From positions 5,642,001-5,706,000 of the forward strand of contig CM035354.1 of assembly GCA_020137815.1 (NCBI GenBank): 64,000 nt of DNA, given 5' to 3'. The position numbers and the translations under genes were made by a program. The DNA comes from Hormiphora californensis. Taxonomy: Eukaryota > Animalia > Ctenophora. The notes beneath the pieces were generated by a model. That model was not told where the DNA came from and did no database searches. It worked only from the letters and a program-made list of their open reading frames with translations. Positions 1 to 12,038 of the stretch are shown here, piece after piece (the stretch's first letter is position 1; each line of letters begins with the position of its first letter).

Positions 1-2
1 GA

Positions 3-1703
3 GTGGTTGAGGACCTCCTGACACGGTGTAGGAGTGGAACAGGGATCGTTGGAAATGAGGAATATTCTCCCTACGAGATGTTATGGGTGTGTAACAGCAT
101 GTACACGAGCTGTGTAAAAAAGTTGGGATCCCGTCAGGTTATAATCTTCACCAATGTTTCCGAGCCGCCAATGATCCGTTCTGATCCCAAGATTCGAACC
201 ATGGCAACTACAAAATCACGCGACATGTCCGAGATTGGAGTTCTTATCTCGCTGATTACAACACCCGGAACTAGTGCGTTTAATATGGACCTGTTCTACT
301 CCTCTATCGTTCCAGACACCCATCGCACCGTGAACCCAACCGAGGATATTGAAGATTTCTGTGATAGAGTCAAACAGCAGCAAACAAGGGTCCGAACCTC
401 AGCATCTATCCCATTTTTCTTTGGACCTAAGGAGATTGGTGTGGCATGTTCTGCTCTTTATGGTACTACTAAAACTACGGGTGTCAATCTTTGTAGTGTT
501 ACGAATCAGCAAGTTTCCATCACTTCGGCCTTGGTCCGGGAGTCCGATCGGGCGGTACTTCTTCCTCATGAGGTGTATCGATCAGCTCAGCTGGGCTCGG
601 GCGGGCCACCGATTCTGCTGTCCCAGGAGGATATTGATGAGATGGCCCCTAAAGTGGACAAGGGAATCCACGTTTTGAGCATGGAACCAGCAGATAGTCT
701 GAAAGCACATCACTTGGGTGGGAAGACCCTCTTTATCCGGCCCTCAGACAAGGTCTATCAGGGTAGTACCAAGTTCTTCTGCGCCCTTTTGGAAAGGATG
801 CTGGCAAGAGACCTTATCGCTCGGTGTCACTGCGTCCCTAGGGCCGGGTTCTGTGGGTACCTTGGTGCATTGGTTCCCCAAAAAGAGGAAACAAACGCAG
901 ATGGTAAGCAGGTTCGGGCAGCAGGATTCAACCTAATACGACTCCCCTATAAGAACTCCATTAAGAAAATTGACTATGAGGGACTCAACATGCCGAGTCA
1001 AACCCAGATCAGTGCTGCCAAGTCGCTGGCTCTCAAACTCAGAGCGAAGTGGAGTCCTGAGCTTATGGAAAACCCCACTACTTCACAGTTTAACAAAGCC
1101 TTAGAGGCGATCGCTCTCGAGAAGGACCGAGTTGAGACCCCAGAGGATCAAACTCAGCCGGATGTAGCCGCCATGAGGACCAGAGCAGGGAGTGAGATGG
1201 ACGCTTTTAACAAGAGCGTCTTTCCAAATGGATATCAGCTACCTGAAGCGTGCAAAAAAGTTGACTACAAACCAATCATAAGAAAGGTAATGTTCCCACT
1301 CAGCTGCCGCGAGGGGGTTCACAGCGGGATGTTACGTATCACAAACGTATTAGGATGCCTGATGTCACGCTGTGTACTACCAAAACTGTCTCGTAGCAGT
1401 TTTTAATTTAATAGTTTTTATACTCCAAACGTCTATAAATTATAGACATTTGTCTATTTTACCACTTACTTTCCTTGCTGTCAGCAGTGCTGTTTCAGTT
1501 TCAATATTTCATATCCATTTTCATTGGTTTATTCCTAACACATCATCTCTTTCCCTCAGGTTGAGTCGAGGGCAAGAGAAGGAACTCTGAATAAACTTCC
1601 TGTTAATGATCTCAAACTCTACGCCAAAGGTGTCAAATTGGGTCTCAAGTCAACCGCCAAAAAGGCAGAACTGGTCCAGGCAATCTCCAAGTTTATTGGG
1701 TAA
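3..1703 (+). CDS. XRCC6: Ku70 (XRCC6), 5'-truncated by the window; exons <3..1286 and 1560..1703
   Basis: Ku-like motifs: LWVCNSMY..RQVIIFTN (vWA), LFIRPSDKVYQGSTKFFCALL, GFNLIRLPY, ENPTTSQFNKALEAIAL, EDQTQPD. A phase-0 GT..AG intron 1287-1559 joins VESRAREGTLNKLPVNDLKLYAKGVKLGLKSTAKKAELVQAISKFIG*, a SAP-like domain typical of Ku70. Confidence 0.93.
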
Positions 1704-1948
1704 AATGGTGTGGCTTTTTATGGAGCATTGTTCCTATTCGTTCAATTCGTCACTTCCATCTCAATGGTGCAACAAGTTGTTGGTTAGAAAGTGACATACT
1801 CACTTAAATGTATTTTAATTTTTAGTATGCCTGTAAATTTTAACTTATTTTTATAGTTTCACACATTGCTACGTTTTCAAAACATCACTTGTTTTTCCTC
1901 GATCTGTGTTTCATCTACATCTTTAACCCCACCCCTCCTGATTAGGCG

Positions 1949-4900
1949 ATGAACTATAATGTGTATCCACCACCCCTCATGAAATCCAGCACTAGTTTGA
2001 TCAACCAGGTAATTGTTGGTCTGTTTTTTAGAATGGGCGTTGCTTTTTTAGAACTACTCACTGAGTAGTACTCAGCCCCTTCGATGTATTTGCAGTACAT
2101 GCAGGGAGGGTAGAGTGTAGAATGATTGAAAACTAATTAAAACTCTTTTCTTTCAGGATTCTCCATCTGGTCTTCCCTACCGGGCACCTCCATTGTTACC
2201 ACTCCAATATCCCAATAACAATTCTAATCACTCTGGGACCTTCGACCAATATGGGAACAACTTCAGCCAACAAGTTAACAAAAACATGGGCTCTTACTAC
2301 GGTACCAATACCAACTTTAGTAACCAATACAACTCCAACCCTACTTACCATGGTAACTATTCCCATCCCCCTGGAAACATGAATTCCCATACCCCTGGAA
2401 ACATGAATTCCCATCCCCCTGGCAACAGCCCAAATATGGTCATGATTCGGAAGGCAGATGTTGAGGATCTCCAGGCGGAGGTTAATGAGCTCAGAGACCT
2501 GATCAGACTTCAGACTAACATCGATCAGAGGCAACAGGTCCTGTTCCAACAACAGATCACTGTTCAGCAACCTTTAGGCGTACCTCAGCCCCTCCTTCAC
2601 CCACCCCAATCCCATCAGCCGTCTGTTAGTCTACTATCTAATCCTGGGTTCCAGCAGCCGATATACTCCCAAACTATCCAACTGAAGCCCTTACTTTCGG
2701 AGCCCCGACCAACTCCTCAGCCGCCACGACCCAATCTAACTCCACTAGTGAACAATCGAGGCTGTTACTCAAAACCGTTACCAGAAGGTCCAGCCCAGCC
2801 ATGTCTGAGCAAACAACCACAGAAACAATGGTCAAGCAAACCACTGGATAAGATTCACATTGATTCCCCTTCTTTTGAGCCCAAAAAGGACGATTTTGAA
2901 GGTTCGCAATGTTACAATAACGCTCTTGAGAGAGTGGAAAGCTTACTTCGCGACAGGCTTCAGGAGGAATGCAGTGATAAAGAGTTAGTGGGTAATAGGT
3001 GGACCCCGCCGCCACCACGACCACCGCAGCCTGTAAAACATGAAGTTATTGAGGAAATTGGGATTTCCTACTCTAGGCCATCATCCTCTCAATCCCCGGT
3101 GAGTTATCAGACAGTTATTTCAAATACCATTTTGATGTGTCTTACTATTTGTTGTTCAACTTCTACTTTTTCTCACTTAATATTATCTTCTTTTTTCAGG
3201 AAAAGGATAGGCCCGAAAAGACAGGATGTGATGTAAGTTAAATTGCAGTTTGACTTCCCCCGATTTTTTTCAACTAGATGTAGAACAAATAATAGACATC
3301 CTGATACATGCCTTCGGCAGAAATTCAAGCATTATGTGACAGAATTTGTTTGTAAATTTTATAATCAATTGATTCAACTCTCCCCCTTATCAGGAAACTT
3401 CGCAGAATTTGCGTCCGTCCGAATGGAGTACAGCTCTTAACTTTTTGTCGGAGATAAAGGACACCGGTTTCCAACTTTTCGCTGAGAAGGACCTAGCAAA
3501 ACGGTACCCTGAGCCCTTCCTACACTACTCCTGTCTCTTTACCAACACTCAATTCAATGTTACACCTTTTAATGTGGACCAACAAATCGGTGCTACTTTA
3601 GAAATCTCACAAATCCCTGATTCACCTACGGAAATAGTTCAGTGGGTTTATGTGGGTTCTGCGTACGGTGTTGACCCTGAGGATGCCCGAAAGAGGTGTA
3701 TTGAGGGTGCAGTTGAATTCCTGTGTGTCAAGCTGGGAAAAGTAAGTCGGATTGGAAACTACATTTTCTTTCATATTCTCTTTACTCAGCTCTCGGAGAG
3801 GATTCTTTTTCAGCAGATTGAATCGTACCCTCCTGCTACATTTGATACTGAGGAGGCTTTCCTGAAAAATAACAAGCTTATCTCTACCGTCACTACGATG
3901 CGGGATGATCCCAATTTATTTGCTCTACGGATCGATGGCATTTTATCGGTTGAATCAAGCACGAAATTCGCAAAACAGTTGTTAAAAAAGTGGAGAATCA
4001 CCCCGGACGAGCTGAAGATTTTCTCTGAAAGTTCCACTGACCAATTTATCTGTTTCTACAAACCGAGGCGGTTCCTGTTAAAGCAGGGTGCGGCATTGGC
4101 TGATTTCAAGGAGGAGCTTAGCACGGAAATTGGCATCCTAGGAGGGGAAGATCTCAACGGACTTTCCCCAACTACACCTCCCAGTCCTTTGGAAGGCAAA
4201 AGAAAGGCAGATACAGTGGCTGCATCTTCTATCAAGAAACCCCGAACACCGAAAACTACTGAAAGCCCAACTACATCTGGGTCCAAATCGAAGCTGAGTA
4301 ATCTGCAAATTTTGAAGTCTCAGCTTATCAAGTCTGAGCCTGAGGAAAGGAATTCACGTAATACAGACCATCAGATAAAGGTGGAATTTGTCGGAAGAGA
4401 TAAGCGGCTCAAAAAAGCAAAACTAGCAGTAGAAAAAGGCCCTTCACTTGATCTAGGACGACAGTGGATTCGCAAGTCACCCCTGAAGCTCCTTCACGAG
4501 AATCTCACCTGGAGACAATGCCCCATTCACTATTTTAACTTGATTTGCCGATTTTCGGGTATCAGAAAAGAAATTTCCTGCCAACCGTGCAAGTATGAAC
4601 TTAAGGGGAAGTGGAGGGCCTTCCTGAGCGTTTACGACGGTAACAACAGCCACACATTCAGCCCTGTTATTTCCAGTTCGGTTCAAGAAGCAAAGAAGGA
4701 GTGTGTGATTGAGACAATGAAGTTAGTCGAGGCGGTTTGTAAGGGAGTTCCAGGTAAAACATTAACTGAGGAGGAATATGGCCAGTATTTCCAAGGTGCC
4801 AAGGAATCAGAGAGGAACACGGAGATCAAATTTGGGAAGCTGCAGGTATTTGGGATTTCCCCGGACACAAACCCGATGAAAATGATCTATAAAAAGTTTT

Positions 4901-5103
4901 TCAAAGATATGTTAAAGAAAAATGACGGAGATGCTAAGCGTTGGGCCGTTGTTCTTAGTGGAGAGTGTCCAGCTGGAGCGGAAGAAATTGCCAGGAAACT
5001 TGTGAAAACCATGAACTTGAGCTTTTCAGTCCGGTCATGTGACTCAGCGCCCTGTTGCTTGGTTTTTTACAAGCCACGAGGTATTATTCTGGCAAACAGA
5101 TAA
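1949..5103 (+). CDS. Uncharacterised protein A: N/Y- and P/Q-rich N-terminus, short coiled coil, two dsRBD-like + R3H-like modules
   Basis: In-frame spliced model from GT/AG sites: 1949-2008, 2157-3098, 3200-3232, 3394-5103 (possible short in-frame intron from 3742). Modules at about 3508-4080 and 4516-5100. Confidence 0.8.
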
Positions 5104-5266
5104 ATGTAGAGAGTTTTTTAAACAACGTTTTTAACCAATTTAACTTTTTTTTTAAAGTGTTTTTGTTTTCATACACATCTTATTTTAGTACACAAATATT
5201 TTTATGTATAAGAATTTGTTTTTCATGACACAAAACACAGCAATTAAACTCTCATCTATTCTCAGA

Positions 5267-8200
5267 ATGAGTCAAGACCTTCCCGATCACCGTTACCCAC
5301 CCCCTCCAAGCAGGGTAAGTTTGGACTTTTGTTCTGCAGAGCTAGGAGCCGGGTAATTAATATCTTTGAGTCATGTTGTTTTTTTGGTGGGTATGAAACG
5401 TGTATCTAATCAACTTTCTAATTCCAGGATACTGCACTTCCAGGGCCTGCTGATGGCTTAACGCTAGTCATGGTTACCAAGAAGGTTACCAAGATAGTGG
5501 CTACACAGACTACGATTACTATGGTTACTATGACTCTGTCGCAGGTTACCCGGGTTATCAATATGCCGCGGGGTATCAGGAAGCTGGCTCAAGTGAGGTT
5601 CAATCTCTCAAAGACGAAGTCCGGGAGTTGAAGGAGCTGTTGATTCAGCGTGTCATAGCACCACCATCCGCCGCCCCTTCACGCCAGCAGCCTCCGATGT
5701 CACCCCCACGCTCTTATATTCATCCGTCCCGATCTCAGTCACCACTCCGTCAGAACGCATCACCTCCGCCTACCCATCCTTCTCAATCATCCCGGACACA
5801 CCTCATGGCTTACAGTCTGAGTCAGCACGCCTCACAGTCCAGAGAACAGCCCTCGCATCGAGACAGATTAATTTCTCCTCATCGTGACAGTAGAGGCCAA
5901 GAAAGATTGCATGACGGTGATTTTGATATTCCCGCTCGCCGTGATAGTTATGAGAGACCTTCTGGAGGTGGTCCTTCTCGTGAACCACCTCGGAGATACC
6001 CTGAGCCCACGAGAGGCCACAATGAACCACCAAGGGGCTATAATGAACCATCAAGGGGCTACAATGAACCATCAAGGGGCTATAATGAACCATCAAGGGG
6101 CTATAATGAACCATCAAGGCGCTACAATGAACCATCAAGGAGCTATAATGAACCATCAAGGGGCTATAATGAACCATCAAGGGGCTACAATGAACCACCT
6201 AGGGGCTACAAAGAACAATCAAGGGCCTATGTTGATCCACCGACAGGATTTGATATCCACCCATCTAGGAAAAGAGGTCGATCGCCGGAGCGAAGTCGTC
6301 TCATCCTCCAAAACTCATCGGTAAGTAGCCAATTTCTAGCTCTCTCGAACCCTGCCAAATGCCGGGAATTTTGTCTCATATAAGACCCTCCTCTTCGCAC
6401 CGGGCCGAAGGCCCGGTGCGGCTACGTGAGGCGGCGTAGCGAGGTTGCGTGATGTACAGTCAGTGTGTGACAACGGGAATTAGTAAAGTTATTTGGGTAG
6501 GCTCTATCTAACAACCTTTTCCTTATCAACAGAAACCACCTAAAGAGAGATTACGAACTGTGGAACATCAACAAAGACGAAAGAGAGGAAAGAATAAACC
6601 GCAAGCACCGATTACACCGGTTAAGGTAATGCATATTTTTCAAGTGTGATGCAAATTTTGTATAGAAAACCGTGAGCACAGAGTTCCATTGGCGCCAGAG
6701 AGCGCATTCATCATGTACATCCGAGTACTCTCGGAACCAAGGTTTTAATACGGGAGCGCTCTCCCCCAAAAAAGAAAACCGTGAGCTACCTTTAGTCTGA
6801 AAACTAAGGGTAGCACGGTCTTTTCAGTACCTAGATTGCGGCACGTTTGTATTAAACAACATCACACGCCATATAAAACAGTAGATTTTACTTTTTAGTG
6901 TGGTAGAGAATTCGTAAGGTGGCTAGTTATCACATCATCCACTCACACCGTGTCAAATATTTTCTAACCCCGTACTTATCCCTTTCAGAAGGCAACGAAA
7001 CTTGAGACAGCTATGAAAAAAAAAGCAACGCTACCTGACGGTGTTGAATGTCCATCTTTTCACCGATGGCGCTTTGTGTGCCCAAGTTCTCCCGAAGAAA
7101 CCCAGGCAGACCCAGCTCTAGAGAAATCCCTGGCCGCTATCAACTTCAAGCTGTTTCTACCAGATGATCATACTAATAATCTCAGATTATTGCTAACCTA
7201 CCCCAAACAAGTGGTAGAATATTCCTGCCTCTTTTCCAATTCTATCTTTGAAACTTCCGCCTCGTATGAGACTATTAGTCCTACAGAAAGGGAACACACT
7301 GTCACCTTGAAAATCGCCCGAAAAGGTTCCAAAAAGTGGATCATCGTAGGGTCAGCATTGGAAAAACAGACGGTCATGCGACAGAAAAGTGCTACCATGA
7401 CTGTGTAAGGAGGCTCTACTTCACGCTCAGGTCTACATCACACACAATTGATCTGGCTGGGCTGACCAAGTGGATTGCAGCAGCCAGCACAGACTCGCCA
7501 CACATCACGTACCTGTGGGGCCCGGACCTTGAAGTGGAAAACATGGATCAGGAAGTGAGCAGCATGATCAAGTCTCTGATAAAGGATCCCAAACTACTTG
7601 CTGTTAGAATTGATAGCATCACTGATGTTGACGGGGCAAATGCAATTATTGAGAAGTTTGAGGATCGGAAAGTAAAGATGGTTGTTCACCATACGACTGA
7701 TCAGCAGTGCCTACTGATTATCAAGACATCTGAATTGTTGTTGTCGCAAGAGAATGGGAAGTGTCGGTACAGTTATACCTTCATGGGTTCGAACACCAGA
7801 CAAAGGAAGCTATTCGAGGAGCTTTACCGTTCTGGAAGAAAGGAAGAGGCAGAGCTCATAGCAGCTGCAGTGGCAGAAGCAATAGCTACAGGATTTAGTG
7901 ACTGTGACGGTAATGTTAAAAAAACACTCAGTGCCGGGCTAAAAGAATTGGAGGCTCATGGTCCTATTAGGACTCCTAAAGCAAAAGCAAGATTCCTTCT
8001 TTCTGACGAGACGGTAAGTTTAAAATTGGGGCAGTAGCTGTCTCACCTTGCCTAGCTAGACTGTTTTTCGCGCGCCCCGCCCGCGAAGTTTTTTACAAAT
8101 GTAAAGGAGGGTTAGAACATAACAAGTCTCACCACTGTTTTTACTCCCACGCGAGAAGAGTTAAGTGGTCAGCACTGGAAGACCAGTAGTTAAATTCAAT

Positions 8201-11200
8201 GCTATAGCTGCAATACATTCTGGCTTTAATTAAGGGTACACCTGGCGTTTTTCATCATCGAGTGCCCAACCAAATGACTTCACCAGGGTTTAGGCCATAC
8301 AAAATGGACCTCAAATATGCAATTTTAGCCCTAAAGTCGAATTCATATTTTTGCTACAGCCTATTTTCAAAGTGGCGTTTTTTCAATTTTTGGTGGAATT
8401 TTTAACCTCAGGACCACTTTTTTTGAGATAGAAACATTAAATTCTTGGAATTTGAAGAGAATATAAAGGTAAATAAGCCCAAAGAAGGATTTTTGAAATG
8501 GAGCTAATTTATGGCCATGAGAACGGTTTACTTTTTTGCTTCTTTGACACGCTGGCTGAGAATGTTCCCATGCTTCATTAGAGATGAAAATCGGGAAATA
8601 GTTGCTCAAAACGATTATCTATGTGGCCCAAAAATTTTGGAACTTTCCCGTCAAAGATGTGGTGTACAGAGCTTGTTTTGTGAAACCCATCTTTTTGAAA
8701 AAGAGGGAAATTCCCTGTATCTCAAAAACGGATGATCGTAGAGACCTGCGACCAAGCTTAATCGATTCAGAAGGTCCGATTTTGGGGGGGTCTTCTGAGA
8801 GACATTTTGCTCCTACTCCAACCGTTTTTGCTGTAATTGCGAAAAAGCTATCAGCAAGTAAGGGGGAAATCAGCCCGAAGCAGGCTACTGGAATTTAGTT
8901 GTTCCCCCTTTTCATAGAATTGGTTTTTTGCAAGTACAGCAAAAACGGTTGGAGTAGGAGCAAAATGTCTCTCAGAAGACCCCCCCAAAATCGGACCTTC
9001 TGAATCGATTAAGCTTAGTCGCAGGTCTCTACGATCATCCGTTTTTGAGATACAGGGAATCTCCCTCTTTTTCAAAAAGATGGGTTTCACAAAACAAGCT
9101 CTGTACACCACATCTTTGGTGGGAAAGTTCCAAAATTTTTGGGCCACATAGATAATCGTTTTGAGCAACTATTTCCAGATTTTCATCTCTAATGAAGCAT
9201 GGGAACATTCTCAGCCAGCGTGTCAAAGAAGCAAAAAAGTAAACCGTTCTCATGGCCATAAATTAGCTCCATTTCAAAAATCCTTCTTTGGGCTTATTTA
9301 CCTTTATATTCTCTTCAAATTCCAAGAATTTAATGTTTCTATCTCAAAAAAAGTGGTCCTGAGGTTAAAAATTCCACCAAAAATTGAAAAAACGCCACTT
9401 TGAAAATAGGCTGTAGCAAAAATATGAATTCAACTTTAGGGCTAAAATTGCATATTTGAGGTCCATTTTGTATGGCCTAAACCCTGGTGAAGTCATTTGG
9501 TTGGGCACTCGATGATGAAAAACGCCAGGTGTACCCTTAATCAGTTGTCCCCCCCCCCCTTTTTAGGAAATTTCTGCTGCAGTGACCCCAGTAGAAGCAT
9601 CGGCCAAAAAACAGAAGAAAAGTGATGATGTTGAAAGGGTGGTTTTCCCTATGGACCGACCAGATGTCCCCCTAACACAGCACACCTATGTAAGTATTTA
9701 AATACCCTCCCAGTTAACGCTTTCTTTAATTTTCCTCTCCCCTAATTTTACTCTTTTTTTTCAGACTTTACTCGTCTCGATGAAAGAGAACCCACAACCA
9801 TTTGAAATCGAAAACATGCGCCCGGAGGCAGAGCTACTCACTGACCTTCTCAAAACACCCTTCACCTTTTTCGCAGATCCCGCTTTCCTAGAACTTTCAC
9901 CGAGGAACTTTATTCAATTATCTTGCAAGTGGTCTGCTATGAAAATTCAACTGACGAGTGTAGACGAGGGTGACTCAAAGGTGAAAACCGAGCTCTCTCT
10001 CGGGATTGACGCGACTGTATCTACCAAAATAGTGGTTGGCTCTGCTGTCGGAGACACCGAGATGAAGGCTAAGGAAAACTGTTTTGCGCAGTGTGTACGA
10101 TACATTGCTCACGTGCTACGTGATCACCCTGAAAGGATTCTCTCTCGGCAAGATTACCTGAAGCACTTTGAGGAAGTTCAAGAGGGTGAGGACCACTTCA
10201 AGACTGCCATCAGAACAGCGGAAGGCTTTGAAGACAATGATCAGCTCCTCCGGCGCGGTAGGATTGGTTCGGCTCTCTCAAAATGCAACGCATGCAACGT
10301 AGATGATGAAATGTTCACTGCGGTGAGAATTGAAGGAATTGAGTATGATGTCAACCTCGATGAATTAGCGAGGTATATTTTGAAAAGATTAAATATGTCG
10401 AACAGTTTCATCCACCAAACGTTCCCGAAAAAGATAGTGTTTGTGAAACCCCGGGAGCTGATTTTGGTTGAGAAACAGGACAACACAACTAATACTGTTG
10501 ATCTGGAGTCGGAACTTTTCATTAAGGGTGTCACCTATGCTCATCTGGAAAAGTTTACCCCATCTCAAGGCAATGGGATGTTCTATCATTCCAACAATAT
10601 GAACAGTGAAGCCATCCCAAAGCTGGTCGAGGGAGGATTCAAACTGTTCCTCGGCGAATCGACTAAGGATATGTGGAGACGGACCGATCGTGTAGTTTTG
10701 CTATCCTGTATTTTCTCTGGTTGGGTCTGCCAGATTGTTATTGGGAAGAATGCAATGTCTTCTGATCGTGAAAAGAAAAACATTGGAACTCTCCAACTAG
10801 CCTCGAGGAATGGCGGTGGGGCATTTGAGTGGATAACTATTGGTACCGCTGCTGGCAGGGACCGCCGGCGTGCTGCTGCCAAGGCAATGTGTGAATGTGC
10901 TCAGTTCCTCTTTAACAAACTTCACAAAACTTCAGTGCTCAGCACACCAGAGTTTCTGGAATACTTCCGGTCCCCATACGCAGATAAGAAGCATGCCATA
11001 CCTGTCAATATCGCCCGACTCAACGATGTGGAAGACACGTACAAGAGTTTCAGCAGCTACTCCAAGGGAATAATTTCATCCCGACTACTGAAGAGTGACA
11101 TCACACTGGGAATAAGATTTGATGGGTTCCAATCTGTTCACAAGGATCAGTATGGGATCAAGATGATCAAGGAAATGAGGGCCACTAATTCGCTCCGTGC

Positions 11201-11513
11201 ATTTTACCAACCCGAGGGAAATGGATGCCTGATGATTGTTAAGAAACCTACCTACATTTTCAACCAGAAAACCCTCCGACTTTCTGCGGCCATTCCAAAC
11301 TCATCCACCAAGGTGAATATGGGTCGAGCAGATTTTACCACAGCTAAACCTGGAGAGACGGAGTTAAATGTGCTTGATGTTCCCGAGGATGTGATCGAGA
11401 TGGAGCTTTCGTTGGACAATTTAACTTCTTCTGAAGTCAAAACTACCGGAGGAGTTAGGGCTGGATTTCACCAAGATGGGGTGGTTCACAGTTGGAGGCT
11501 CTACTTCCCCTGA
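5267..11513 (+). CDS. Uncharacterised protein B, paralogue of A: Y/G-rich N-terminus, coiled coil, GYNEPSR repeats, three dsRBD-like + R3H-like modules
   Basis: Exons 5267-5314, 5428-6320, 6533-6625, 6989-8013, 9567-9689, 9765-11513, all phase 0 with GT/AG ends. The model needs single-base corrections near 5458 and 7358. Confidence 0.75.
6015..6224 (+). repeat. Coding 21-bp tandem repeat, 10 units of (G)YNEP(S/P)R
   Basis: Unit ggcta(t/c)aatgaaccatcaagg read directly. Confidence 0.95.
6370..6470. mobile_element. Short interspersed element with GC-rich hairpin (Helitron/Helentron-like), copy 1, intronic
   Basis: Hairpin cgcaccgggcc-gaa-ggcccggtgcg at 6396-6420. A similar inverted copy lies at about 21155-21245. 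Confidence 0.6.
8234..9536. mobile_element. Foldback non-autonomous DNA transposon, ~613-bp near-perfect inverted arms, TTAA TSD (Kolobok-like)
   Basis: TTAA|GGGTACACCTGGCG...CGCCAGGTGTACCC|TTAA. Arms 8234-8846 and 8924-9536 with a 77-bp spacer. GG..CC termini with TTAA fit Kolobok rather than piggyBac (CCY..RGG). Lies in intron 8014-9566 of gene B. Confidence 0.85.
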
Positions 11514-11762
11514 ATCTTCTGTTCCCTGCTCGAGCAAAACACAACTTGCTGTTGGGAGTGCAGTAGGTGGTGATGAGATACCTGCTGACTGCTAGCAGCT
11601 TGGTGAACGTTTTTTAACAGACAGTTTTATCTAAATTTATGTTTATTTTTGATTCCCGAATTGAATTGTTTGAGTCTACCATTGATTCCTGTACCCTAGA
11701 TAGTGCACTCTTCTTTAGTCCCTCACAGTGGTGCTTGTAGTGGAGATATCGTATTGGAATTA

Positions 11763-11870
11763 CAGTACGCAGACGCACACTTTACGTAGCGTGCGGTATG
11801 TTCAGCTCGATCTAGCTGAAAAAGTGTGCTTTACACCCGTGCGTTACAGAAACGGTGCGTCTGCGTATTG
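11763..11870. mobile_element. Small MITE, Tc1/mariner-type
   Basis: TA|CAGTACGCAGACGCAC...GTGCGTCTGCGTATTG|TA, one TIR mismatch. Confidence 0.6.
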
Positions 11871-12038
11871 TAATGGAAAACCGTTTCTCCACTACAAGCG
11901 GCCGGGTCATAATCTAACTATAGTACCTATGTTTCTCGAGCTAAGATCTATCCATTGCCCCCCCCCCCCCCCATGACCCTTGCCCCGCCACGTCCTCCCT
12001 CCTCAATAAGTAACACACGTACTCACCACATAGTCAGA

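Noticed and set aside
1287-1406. Ku70 C-terminus as given by the ORF track
   Set aside because: Intron read-through; the spliced exon 1560-1703 supplies the SAP domain.
5803-6324. Alternative-frame ORFs (MNHQGAI and MVHYSPL repeats)
   Set aside because: Open only because the 21-bp repeat lacks stops; splice phase supports the GYNEPSR frame.
8367-9403. Mirror-image ORF pairs on opposite strands
   Set aside because: By-product of the foldback element's inverted arms; no transposase motifs.
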